Origin: Candidatus Poribacteria bacterium
GTDB lineage: Bacteria > Poribacteria > WGA-4E > WGA-3G
Length of the DNA: 64,000 nt
Direction: 5' to 3'
Assembly (NCBI GenBank): GCA_963667805.1
Contig: OY764016.1
Location: forward strand, 2,077,381 to 2,141,380
Position numbers and translations under genes: made by a program. Position 1 is the first letter of the stretch. The number at the start of each line of letters is the position of its first letter. The notes beneath the pieces are model-generated. The model was not told the DNA's origin, did not search any database, and worked only from the letters and a program-made list of their open reading frames with translations. Positions 56,129 through 64,000 of this stretch are shown in pieces.

Positions 56129-56980
56129 GTGGGACAAAAAACTCATCCGCGTGGATTACGCTTAGGAATCATTGAGACATGGGATTCAAAGTGGTACAGC
56201 GAGCAGAATTACGCCAAATGGCTCCATGAAGATTTTAAAATTCAGAAGTTTGTCAAAGAGCAACTCGCGCGTGCCGGTATTTCGCGTGTTGAAGTCGAAC
56301 GCGTAGCAGACCGGTGCAGCATCAACATCCATACAGCCCGCCCCGGTATTGTGATTGGGCGTCGCGGCGCAGAAGCTGAAAAACTACAAGCGATGCTCGA
56401 AAAAGAGGTCGGATGTCCTGTACGGATTAATGTTTCGGAGATCAGAGAACCAGAGCTCGATGCCCAACTCGTATCAGAAGATGTCGCGACACAGATAGAG
56501 CGGCGCGCGGGCTTTAAACAAGCGATGCGCCGGAAAATCTCTGGTTCAATACAAGCCGGAGCATTGGGCGTCAAGATCATGGTCAGTGGGAGACTCGACG
56601 GTAAGGAAATCGCCCGTGCCGAATCCAGTATTGAGGGACGTGTCCCTCTTCACACCCTCAGAGCGAACGTCGACTACGGATTTACAGAAGCAAACACGAC
56701 TTATGGTAAAATCGGGGTCAAGACGTGGATATTCAAAGGCGAAATTATCAACTTGAAGGCTGATCCTGCTGATCGTCGTCAATCTGGACGCCGGGAAGAC
56801 ACAGGTTCACAACGTCCTGCACGTCGTCGTGGCGACAGACGTTCTGGCTCCCGTCAAGCGGGTTCTCGTCAATCCGGTTCTCGTCAATCCGGTTCTCGTC
56901 AATCTGGCTCCCGTCAATCTGGCGAACAGGGCAGAGGAAGAGGACGGCGCCGACAGCGTCGCAGCGGAGGCAATTCATAA
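56129..56980 (+). CDS. rpsC: 30S ribosomal protein S3 with repetitive C-terminal tail
   Basis: GQKTHP.GLRLG, RPGIVIG, SGRLDG, PLHTLRA, GKIGVK.W. Confidence 0.98.
   Translation: MGQKTHPRGLRLGIIETWDSKWYSEQNYAKWLHEDFKIQKFVKEQLARAGISRVEVERVADRCSINIHTARPGIVIGRRGAEAEKLQAMLEKEVGCPVRINVSEIREPELDAQLVSEDVATQIERRAGFKQAMRRKISGSIQAGALGVKIMVSGRLDGKEIARAESSIEGRVPLHTLRANVDYGFTEANTTYGKIGVKTWIFKGEIINLKADPADRRQSGRREDTGSQRPARRRGDRRSGSRQAGSRQSGSRQSGSRQSGSRQSGEQGRGRGRRRQRRSGGNS
56843..56923 (+). repeat. 15-bp tandem repeat, five units plus a partial, encoding (S/A)GSRQ
   Basis: tctggctcccgtcaa / gcgggttctcgtcaa / tccggttctcgtcaa x2 / tctggctcccgtcaa / tctggc. Confidence 0.95.
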
Positions 56981-57024
56981 TCGCCCAAGAGAACACCGGG
57001 CAGATGCTTAAGGAGGCATTTAAG

Positions 57025-57438
57025 ATGTTAATGCCGAAACGCGTGATGCGCCGCTACGTGCATCGTGGAAAACGCCGTGGAAAGCCACTTCGAGGTTCAC
57101 AGATTAACTTCGGCGAATACGGCTTGCAAGCAATGGAAGCAGGCTGGATTACCAGCAATCAGATTGAATCGGCACGTATCGCTATCACCCGATATGTCCG
57201 CCGGGGTGGAAAACTTTGGATCAAAATTTTTCCACATAAACCACTCAGTAAACAACCTGCAGAAACGCGCATGGGTAAGGGGAAGAAGGGCCCCCCTGAA
57301 CATTGGGTCGCTGTCGTTAAACCCGGCAGAATTCTCTATGAACTCAGCGGCGTTTCGCTTGAAGACGCTAAAGGGGCGATGGAACGAGCCGCCCACAAAT
57401 TGCCAATCAAAACTAAGTTCGTTGCACGGAATATGTAA
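57025..57438 (+). CDS. rplP: 50S ribosomal protein L16
   Basis: MLMPKR, FGEYGL, IESARIA, RMGKGK. Confidence 0.98.
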   Translation: MLMPKRVMRRYVHRGKRRGKPLRGSQINFGEYGLQAMEAGWITSNQIESARIAITRYVRRGGKLWIKIFPHKPLSKQPAETRMGKGKKGPPEHWVAVVKPGRILYELSGVSLEDAKGAMERAAHKLPIKTKFVARNM

Positions 57439-57562
57439 TTTCGTCTGCTTCTACGGATATGGTACCTCGCTGGGGTGCTTCAAAGGAATTCTTTTGAAAC
57501 TCTCAGCGGAGCGTCATGTCTATAGTATCCGGTTTTGACAACATACAGGGAGGTTCGGAAAA

Positions 57563-57751
57563 ATGAAAGCGGATGAACTACGCGGAAAAACCACTGAAGA
57601 ATTAGAAGGTGAACTGCAAACTCTGAAAGAGAATCTGTTCAACCAGAAATTCCGAAGTATTTTAGGACAACAAGAGGATACAACCACTATCGGTAAGATT
57701 CGGAAGGACATCGCACGCGTGAAAACCGTCCTACGGCTCCGAGCGGAGTAG
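57563..57751 (+). CDS. rpmC: 50S ribosomal protein L29
   Basis: MKADELR, ELFN.K-like segment, RKDIARVKT. Confidence 0.96.
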   Translation: MKADELRGKTTEELEGELQTLKENLFNQKFRSILGQQEDTTTIGKIRKDIARVKTVLRLRAE

Positions 57752-57862
57752 ACGGGATCTATAGGAATCGGTGAGAGGCGACAGCCGGCTGCCGACGGAT
57801 CACATTTGAGGGTGTGCTGAAAAAACGTACTTAATAAGTTTTGACTGGTTTGGAGGATAAAG

Positions 57863-58138
57863 TTGAGCGAGGAAAGACGAAGACATCGCAAATTTCGGAC
57901 AGGTCTTGTCACGAGTAACGATATGGATAAAACTGTCACAGTGTCGCTGGTTCGACGCTTTCAACATCCGCTTTACAAAAAGGTCGTCCGGAAAACGAAA
58001 AAGATTCTGGCTCACGATGAACAGAACAGTTGTAACGTCGGTGACGTGGTGCAGGTTGTCGAAACCCGCCCGCTGAGTCGTCACAAACGGTGGCGTGTCC
58101 AAGCGATAGTAAGCGCAGGGCAGACCGCAAACGATTAA
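57863..58138 (+). CDS. rpsQ: 30S ribosomal protein S17
   Basis: MDKTVTV, HPLYKK, AHDE, ETRPLS..KRW. Confidence 0.97.
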   Translation: MSEERRRHRKFRTGLVTSNDMDKTVTVSLVRRFQHPLYKKVVRKTKKILAHDEQNSCNVGDVVQVVETRPLSRHKRWRVQAIVSAGQTAND

Positions 58139-58296
58139 GAAGTGCCACCAACAGCGCGTGGTTCGTGCCGCCCGTATGAGAGGGTGAGAAACAGAGCAAT
58201 GTGGTTCGCACGGCACTTGAGAAGGAAGGGCTTCATCTCCACTCTGACGTTTCCAAACAGGTTCCCGTTTTGAAAACGGTAGAGGAGAATACAAAA

Positions 58297-58665
58297 ATGG
58301 TTCAATCATATACTCGATTAACCTGTGCTGATAATACTGGCGCAAGGAAATTAATGTGCATTAGTGTGCTTGGCGGAACCCGTCGACGCTACGCACGCGT
58401 AGGCGACGTGATTGTAGCAAGCATCAAGGAAGCGGTGCCCAATACGCAGGTAAAAGCCGGTGAAGTCGTTAGGGCAGTTGTTGTCCGCACGACGAAAGAA
58501 TATCGACGCGCAGATGGTTCCTATATTAAATTCGATCAGAACGCCGCTGTCCTCATCGATCCGCAGAACCAACCGCGTGGCACTCGCATCTTTGGACCCG
58601 TCGCACGTGAACTCAGAGAAAAGGCGTTCACCCGAATTGTCTCGCTCGCGCCTGAAGTTATTTAG
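58297..58665 (+). CDS. rplN: 50S ribosomal protein L14
   Basis: [32 protein letters not shown]. Confidence 0.98.
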   Translation: MVQSYTRLTCADNTGARKLMCISVLGGTRRRYARVGDVIVASIKEAVPNTQVKAGEVVRAVVVRTTKEYRRADGSYIKFDQNAAVLIDPQNQPRGTRIFGPVARELREKAFTRIVSLAPEVI

Positions 58666-58675
58666 GAGGACAATT

Positions 58676-58906
58676 GTGGCACAGCAAAAACTACATATCA
58701 AAAAGAACGACACTGTCGTCGTCCTCAGTGGGCAAGATCGCGGTAAAGAAGGTGTCGTTTTAGAGATATTCCCAAAGAAACAGCGAGCAATCGTTGAAGG
58801 TGTTCATATAGTTGTTCGGCACCTCCGTCCAAACCAGGCAGGACAAGGCGGGGTCGTTGAGCGCGAAGGCACCATCCACATTTCTAATCTCAGAAAGATT
58901 GAATAG
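58676..58906 (+). CDS. rplX: 50S ribosomal protein L24, short 76-aa form
   Basis: GTG behind AGGAGG; IKKNDTV.V.SG.DRGK.G, VEG, E..IH.SN. Confidence 0.93.
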   Translation: MAQQKLHIKKNDTVVVLSGQDRGKEGVVLEIFPKKQRAIVEGVHIVVRHLRPNQAGQGGVVEREGTIHISNLRKIE

Positions 58907-58917
58907 GATAAAGGCTT

Positions 58918-59481
58918 ATGAGCCCATTTAAAGAATTTTACCAAACGGAAGTCATGTCCGCCTTGCAACAGCATTTTAACTATCAAAATGTGATGCAGAT
59001 TCCGAAAGTGGACAAAGTTACACTGAATATCGGAGTGGGGATAGCAGTTCAGAATCCAAGCGCATTGGAAGATGCCGTAGAAGAACTGACCCTTATTGCG
59101 GGGCAACGCGCGATGATTACCCGTGCGAAAAAATCTATCTCTGCTTTCAAAATCAGAGGTCCATCAAAGTTAAACCGCACGCCCGGCATGGCGATCGGAT
59201 GTAAGGTTACACTGCGGCGGGAAAGGATGTATGAGTTTCTCAACCGCTTAATCAACATTGTGTTACCCCAAATTCGGGATTTCCGCGGTATATCACCGGA
59301 TGCTTTCGACGGGCGGGGCAACTACTCCCTGGGGCTCACGGAACAGTTAATCTTTCCCGAGATTAACTACGACCAAGTTAACGATATTCGTGGACTGAAT
59401 GTAACCATCGTTACGACCGCCCCAACTGACGAAGAGGGCCGCGAGTTGCTAAAGCTTTTAGGCATGCCCTTCCGACAATAG
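58918..59481 (+). CDS. rplE: 50S ribosomal protein L5
   Basis: [33 protein letters not shown]. Confidence 0.98.
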   Translation: MSPFKEFYQTEVMSALQQHFNYQNVMQIPKVDKVTLNIGVGIAVQNPSALEDAVEELTLIAGQRAMITRAKKSISAFKIRGPSKLNRTPGMAIGCKVTLRRERMYEFLNRLINIVLPQIRDFRGISPDAFDGRGNYSLGLTEQLIFPEINYDQVNDIRGLNVTIVTTAPTDEEGRELLKLLGMPFRQ

Positions 59482-59605
59482 ATGGGGTCTTTCGCTAAAC
59501 TTTAGTGAAAAGATTCCGCAGGCATCCTTTACGAGCAACTCCTGTTTAACAGCCGGAGGCAATACCCGTAAGCGCTACGGGTAAACAAGAAAAGGAGTAT
59601 TCAGG

Positions 59606-59791
59606 TTGGCAAGTAAATCATGGATTGCCAAACAGAAAAGAACCCCGCGGTTCCGAACCCGAGAATACAGTCGTTGTAAAAGTTGCGGCAGATCGCGTGG
59701 GTATCTTCGCAAGTTTGAGTTGTGTCGTATCTGTTTCCGACTCTCTGCCCGCGCCGGTAAAATACCCGGTGTCCGAAAGGCGAGTTGGTAA
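59606..59791 (+). CDS. rpsN: 30S ribosomal protein S14, zinc-binding (type Z) form
   Basis: 61 aa; CKSC...CRIC; GV.KASW. Confidence 0.97.
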   Translation: MASKSWIAKQKRTPRFRTREYSRCKSCGRSRGYLRKFELCRICFRLSARAGKIPGVRKASW

Positions 59792-59814
59792 AAACAAAAT
59801 AAGGAGAATCTTTC

Positions 59815-60216
59815 ATGTCGATGACCGATCCGATTGCTGATATGCTCACGCGTATCCGCAATGCCAATATGGCAGGACATGAACGCGTCGAAATCCCCGC
59901 TTCAAAAGTTAAATCTGAGATCGCACGCATCCTCGCAGAAGAAGGTTTCGTTAGAAATTATCGTCTCATCGAAGATGGGAAACAGGGGATTTTAAGAATT
60001 TACTTGAAATACGGAAATACGAAAAAAGAGAAGGTCATCACAAACCTAAGACGTATCAGCAAACCCGGCAGAAGGGTTTACGCCAAATCCGACAATTTGC
60101 CACAGGTTTACGGAGGACTCGGAGTCGCTATTTTGTCAACATCCAGTGGACTCAAAACGACCCCACAATGCCGACAGGAGAAAATCGGCGGTGAAGTTCT
60201 CTGTTACGTCTGGTAA
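59815..60216 (+). CDS. rpsH: 30S ribosomal protein S8
   Basis: [35 protein letters not shown]. Confidence 0.98.
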   Translation: MSMTDPIADMLTRIRNANMAGHERVEIPASKVKSEIARILAEEGFVRNYRLIEDGKQGILRIYLKYGNTKKEKVITNLRRISKPGRRVYAKSDNLPQVYGGLGVAILSTSSGLKTTPQCRQEKIGGEVLCYVW

Positions 60217-60255
60217 CATCTTGATGATGATCCGTAACGAGTTGGGAGATACAGA

Positions 60256-60825
60256 ATGTCACGTATTGGACTAAAACCGATTCCAGTGCCAGACAAGGTG
60301 CAAATCGCTTTAAACAACAGTGACGTGCAGGTAGATGGACCAAAAGGAAGCCTCAATTGGAGAGTGCCAGAAGGCATCAACGTAACGCTTGAGGAAAATG
60401 TCTTAATCGTCCAAAGAAAAAGTGAACTAAAACACCACAAAGCCCTGCACGGATTGGCGCGTAGCCTTATCGCCAACATGGTTACTGGTGTTTCAGAGGG
60501 CTTTGAAAAAAAACTACGAGTCGTCGGTACGGGTTATCGTGCTGAGGTCAATCGTGAGAGCAATTTGGTGCTTGATGTTGGCTATTCGCATTCCGTCACC
60601 TACTCCCCACCTGACGGAATAACGTTGAGCGTTGAAGCCACTGAATCCATAGATGGCCAGACACATACACCTGTCATTATCAGCGGCATCGACAAACAGC
60701 TGGTCGGACAAGTGGCAGCGTCTATTCGTCAAATTAAGAAACCGGAGATTTATAAGCCCTGTAAAGGCATCCGGTACGATGGCGAGCGCGTTCGCGATAA
60801 AGAAGGAAAAGCGGCTGCTGGCTAA
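60256..60825 (+). CDS. rplF: 50S ribosomal protein L6
   Basis: MSRIG..PI, GPKG, NMV.GV..GF, KGIRY. Confidence 0.98.
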   Translation: MSRIGLKPIPVPDKVQIALNNSDVQVDGPKGSLNWRVPEGINVTLEENVLIVQRKSELKHHKALHGLARSLIANMVTGVSEGFEKKLRVVGTGYRAEVNRESNLVLDVGYSHSVTYSPPDGITLSVEATESIDGQTHTPVIISGIDKQLVGQVAASIRQIKKPEIYKPCKGIRYDGERVRDKEGKAAAG

Positions 60826-60842
60826 CGAGGAGGACAGACCCT

Positions 60843-61211
60843 TTGGTACTTACAAAAAAGAAACGGATGAGTCATTTACGACGCCGCAAGCGAGTCCGCC
60901 AAAAAATCAGCGGCACCGAGGGCAGACCGAGACTCTCCGTTTTTCGAAGTTCAAAACATATTTATGCGCAGCTCATTAATGATGAACGTGGTGTGACGGT
61001 TGCCGAAGCTTCGACTTTATCGCCTGAACTGAGAGAGAACCTCTCAAACGGTGGAAACGTTAAGGCAGCGGAGAGCGTCGGCACACTTATCGCACAAAAA
61101 GCCAAGCAGCAGGAGATTGAGGCAGTTGTTTTTGATCGGGGCGGACACCTCTACCACGGGCGGATCAAAGCCCTGGCTGAAGCTGCAAAGGCGGAAGGAT
61201 TAAAGTTCTAA
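60843..61211 (+). CDS. rplR: 50S ribosomal protein L18
   Basis: [30 protein letters not shown]. Confidence 0.98.
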   Translation: MVLTKKKRMSHLRRRKRVRQKISGTEGRPRLSVFRSSKHIYAQLINDERGVTVAEASTLSPELRENLSNGGNVKAAESVGTLIAQKAKQQEIEAVVFDRGGHLYHGRIKALAEAAKAEGLKF

Positions 61212-61217
61212 TCTCTT

Positions 61218-61244
61218 GTAAGGGCTGGGGAACCCAGTCCCTAC
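61218..61244. repeat. GTAG-type REP-like palindrome (copy 1)
   Basis: GTAAGGGCTGGG-GAA-CCCAGTCCCTAC; near-identical to 62515-62541. Confidence 0.75.
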
Positions 61245-61406
61245 CAAGTTTCTGCTCAGGGCAATCCCCAAGCAAAAACCCGTCCATTAAATTTCGGGCA
61301 GGTTTTCTGTATTTCCGGTATCGCTTTTTAAAGATGAATCGGAACTTCACGAGAACCCAGAGCGAAATGAAGTGGAGCGAGGCCCCAGGAGGCCATAGCT
61401 TAAAAC

Positions 61407-61919
61407 ATGCTGAAAGATAAAATCAACCTTGATGACCATGAATTTGAGGAACGCATGATTACCATCAACCGTGTAATGCGAGTTGGTAAAGGGCGGCGAA
61501 CGCCCAGTTTTAACTCACTCACCGTTGTCGGAAATCGCGATGGGATTGTTGGTATCGGATTTGGTAGCGCAAGTGAAGTCGCCGGCGCGCTTCGAAAAAG
61601 TTTCGCAGACGCTCGAAAAAATCTGATTCGGGTTCCAATCATCAACGGGACGCTTCCGCATGAAATCATCAGCGAATTCAAATCCGCCAAAGTCTTGCTA
61701 AAACCAGCAAGCCCCGGGACAGGCATTATCGCAGGACATGCAACGCGCGCTATTCTTGAATTCGCAGGCGTTCGAGATGCACTCACAAAATGCCTTTCCT
61801 CTCGGAATGTGAAAAATATCGCTGAAGCGACCATGCTTGGATTAAAAAACCTCAAAGATGTCAATGAAGTCGCTCGGTTGCGAGATATACCTGTCGAAGA
61901 ACTGCTCAAGAAACGCTAA
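61407..61919 (+). CDS. rpsE: 30S ribosomal protein S5 (divergent)
   Basis: INRV, VVGN, GTLPHE, PASPGTGIIAG; expected position after rplR. Confidence 0.95.
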   Translation: MLKDKINLDDHEFEERMITINRVMRVGKGRRTPSFNSLTVVGNRDGIVGIGFGSASEVAGALRKSFADARKNLIRVPIINGTLPHEIISEFKSAKVLLKPASPGTGIIAGHATRAILEFAGVRDALTKCLSSRNVKNIAEATMLGLKNLKDVNEVARLRDIPVEELLKKR

Positions 61920-61922
61920 ATG

Positions 61923-62004
61923 AGTCATCAGTTGTCAGTTAAGAGGAGCGTTGGTTAAATCAGAACCCTCTTTAACGCATAACCGATAACTGAAAGCTGA
62001 AAAC
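61923..62004. repeat. Heptamer-armed inverted-repeat element (copy 3), at the usual rpmD position
   Basis: AGTCATC AGTTGTC AGTTAAGAGG ... CCTCTTTAAC..AACCGAT AACTGAA AGCTGAA. Confidence 0.7.
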
Positions 62005-62032
62005 GATTCCGTAAAAAATGGAGTAAATCCTG

Positions 62033-62509
62033 ATGAAATTGAACGAACTTAAACCGGCACCGGGTGCGACTCGCTCAAGAAAGCGGGTCGGCAGAGGTAA
62101 CGCTTCAGGCTGGGGCGGCACTTGTGGACGCGGACACAAGGGTCAAAAATCCCGATCTGGTGCTTCAATCCCTGCATGGTTCGAAGGCGGACAAATGCCA
62201 CTCGTGCGACGGCTCCCGAAGCGAGGTCCGCGACGCACCGGACATAAACGATTGGTGTATGATATCATCAACGTCGAAACCCTCAACGCTTTTGAAGATG
62301 CCACAGTCATCAATCCTGAAGTCCTTCGAGACGCGGGAATCATCAAGCGGAAAAATGCCTTGATAAAGATACTCGGCGACGGCGACCTCGAAAAACAGTT
62401 GACAGTTCAAGCACATCGTTTCTCAAAATCTGCAATCCAGAAAATTGAATCCAAAGGCGGCACAACCGAGGTCCTCGGGATGCATGCGAACACTAACGAC
62501 CCTGCTTAA
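62033..62509 (+). CDS. rplO: 50S ribosomal protein L15
   Basis: RVGRG..SG.G.TCGRGHKGQKSRSG, FEGGQMPL.RRLPK, KILG.G. Confidence 0.98.
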   Translation: MKLNELKPAPGATRSRKRVGRGNASGWGGTCGRGHKGQKSRSGASIPAWFEGGQMPLVRRLPKRGPRRTGHKRLVYDIINVETLNAFEDATVINPEVLRDAGIIKRKNALIKILGDGDLEKQLTVQAHRFSKSAIQKIESKGGTTEVLGMHANTNDPA

Positions 62510-62514
62510 GCATC

Positions 62515-62541
62515 GTAGGGGCTGGGGAACCCAGTCCGTAC
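62515..62541. repeat. GTAG-type REP-like palindrome (copy 2)
   Basis: GTAGGGGCTGGG-GAA-CCCAGTCCGTAC. Confidence 0.75.
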
Positions 62542-62558
62542 AGGAGGAAAAAAAATAA

Positions 62559-63890
62559 GTGATTAAGGCAGTTCAAAACGCTTTTAAAATACCGGAATTG
62601 CGGAAACGCATCATTTTTACAGCGTTGCTCTTGATTGTTTACCGCCTTGGCGCACACATCACGCTTCCGGGTATCGACGATCAAGCCCTTGAGGCTTTTT
62701 TCCAGCAACTCATGGAGCGGGGTGGGAATGTCATTGGATTCATCGACTTGTTCTCTGGTGGCGCGTTTAGCCAGATGACTATTTTCGCGCTCGGCATACA
62801 ACCGTATATCAGTGCCTCAATCATTATGCAGCTCCTCGCCGTCATCGTGCCTTCTTTGGAGAAACTGTCCAAAGAACCTGACGGTCGGAAGAAAATTACG
62901 CAGTATACCCGATACGGAACCGTTTTACTGAGTATCATTCAGGGGATCACAATTAGCATCGTGCTGCGGAACCCGGAAAACATAACCGGACAAGCAGGCG
63001 AAATCGTGAGGAACCCGGACCTCTGGTGGCATTTCCTTGTCGTGATAACGCTCACTGCCGGAACCTCCTTCGTTATGTGGTTGGGTGAACAGATCACGGA
63101 GCGCGGTATTGGACAAGGTATTTCATTAATTATTACAGTCGGTATCGTGGCTGGATTGCCAGGGGGTGTCACAACCGTTTTCAACAACCTCGTGACAAGA
63201 CCGGAATTCGGGATTTTACAACTGGCGCTTTTAGTAGCCCTTGTCGTTGTAGCCGTTATGGGAACTGTGTTTATCACGCTTTCTGTGCGGAAGATTCCCG
63301 TGCAATACGGCAGACAGATTCGCGGACGAAGAGTCATTGGTGGGCAATCAACACATCTCCCCCTCCGTGTTAATGCCGCTGGTATGATTCCAATCATCTT
63401 CGCTGTGACATTGATCCAGTTCCCGCCGACTGTGCTCGGTTTTCTACCGCGCGACTGGGGATGGGTAACCGGTGTAGAAACACTCATCGCTCCGGGAACA
63501 CCGTTGTACCTCACTGTTTATGGGTTATTAATTGTGGGTTTTACCTACTTCTACACGGCTGTGCAAATTAATCCAATACAGATGGCAGAGGATTTACAGA
63601 AATACGGGGGTTTTATTCCGGGGATACGAGCAGGTAAACAGACCGCAGATTACATCAACACCACGCTTACACGCATCACACTGCCAGGCGCAGTATTTCT
63701 CGCTGCTATTGCTGTGATTCCGATTATTATCACGAGCCAGCTTCAGGTTGGAAACATGGTCGAAGGTGCTTCTATCCTGATTGTTGTCGGGGTCGTGTTA
63801 GATACAATGTCACAAATCGAATCCTATCTAACGGTCCGCCATTACGAAGGATTCTTAAAAGATCGAAAACTCAAAGGCAGACGGCGTTAA
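62559..63890 (+). CDS. secY: Preprotein translocase subunit SecY
   Basis: [52 protein letters not shown]. Confidence 0.98.
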   Translation: MIKAVQNAFKIPELRKRIIFTALLLIVYRLGAHITLPGIDDQALEAFFQQLMERGGNVIGFIDLFSGGAFSQMTIFALGIQPYISASIIMQLLAVIVPSLEKLSKEPDGRKKITQYTRYGTVLLSIIQGITISIVLRNPENITGQAGEIVRNPDLWWHFLVVITLTAGTSFVMWLGEQITERGIGQGISLIITVGIVAGLPGGVTTVFNNLVTRPEFGILQLALLVALVVVAVMGTVFITLSVRKIPVQYGRQIRGRRVIGGQSTHLPLRVNAAGMIPIIFAVTLIQFPPTVLGFLPRDWGWVTGVETLIAPGTPLYLTVYGLLIVGFTYFYTAVQINPIQMAEDLQKYGGFIPGIRAGKQTADYINTTLTRITLPGAVFLAAIAVIPIIITSQLQVGNMVEGASILIVVGVVLDTMSQIESYLTVRHYEGFLKDRKLKGRRR

Positions 63891-63915
63891 GCATTTTTAC
63901 CTGAAAGAGGACACT

Positions 63916-64000
63916 ATGAAAGTCAGACCTTCTGTTAAAAAGATGTGTAACCAGTGTAAAATTATCAAACGCAAAGGGATAGTCCGCGTCATTTGTCCTT
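63916..64000 (+). CDS. rpmJ: 50S ribosomal protein L36 (partial at window edge), Zn-ribbon form
   Basis: Not in the ORF track; ATG at 63916 behind [32 protein letters not shown]. Confidence 0.95.
   Translation, partial: MKVRPSVKKMCNQCKIIKRKGIVRVICP

Overview
The window looks like a Candidatus Poribacteria-type (sponge-symbiont-like) chromosome segment. This is inferred from the gene families seen (PhyH, LRR/WD40 proteins with cohesin, dockerin and PorSS-type C-terminal domains, LamG protein with a KLATTW-like tail, membrane-fused ECF sigma factors), not from a database search. It has three parts. (1) 1-3.9 kb: GNAT, rsgA and infA (minus strand), then phyH and an EamA transporter (plus strand). 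(2) 3.9-41.9 kb: an uninterrupted minus-strand accessory block. It holds a tandemly duplicated, decaying cassette of small membrane/lipoprotein paralogues with several deletion scars; dockerin-tagged LRR-glycosidase-like and WD40 proteins; three paralogous ~1,360-aa diheme-cytochrome-c/LRR/cohesin/dockerin/CTD proteins (one frameshifted); two ECF sigma-TM-LRR fusion proteins sharing an upstream motif; and a PIN toxin-antitoxin pair. (3) 42-64 kb: tRNA-Arg(CCG), gluconolactonase, dut-thyA-orf-folA, ThuA-like, nagA and the str-S10-spc ribosomal superoperon through secY-rpmJ. The best candidate for a new system is the combination of heme-LRR cohesin+dockerin 'scaffoldins', dockerin-only clients and one-component transmembrane ECF sensors. 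Also notable: S12 carries K43N/P91S/G92N at streptomycin-resistance positions, S5 loop 2 is remodelled, the rpsL leader looks like an attenuator, rpmD/adk/map/infA are absent from their usual positions, and three families of small dispersed repeats occur.
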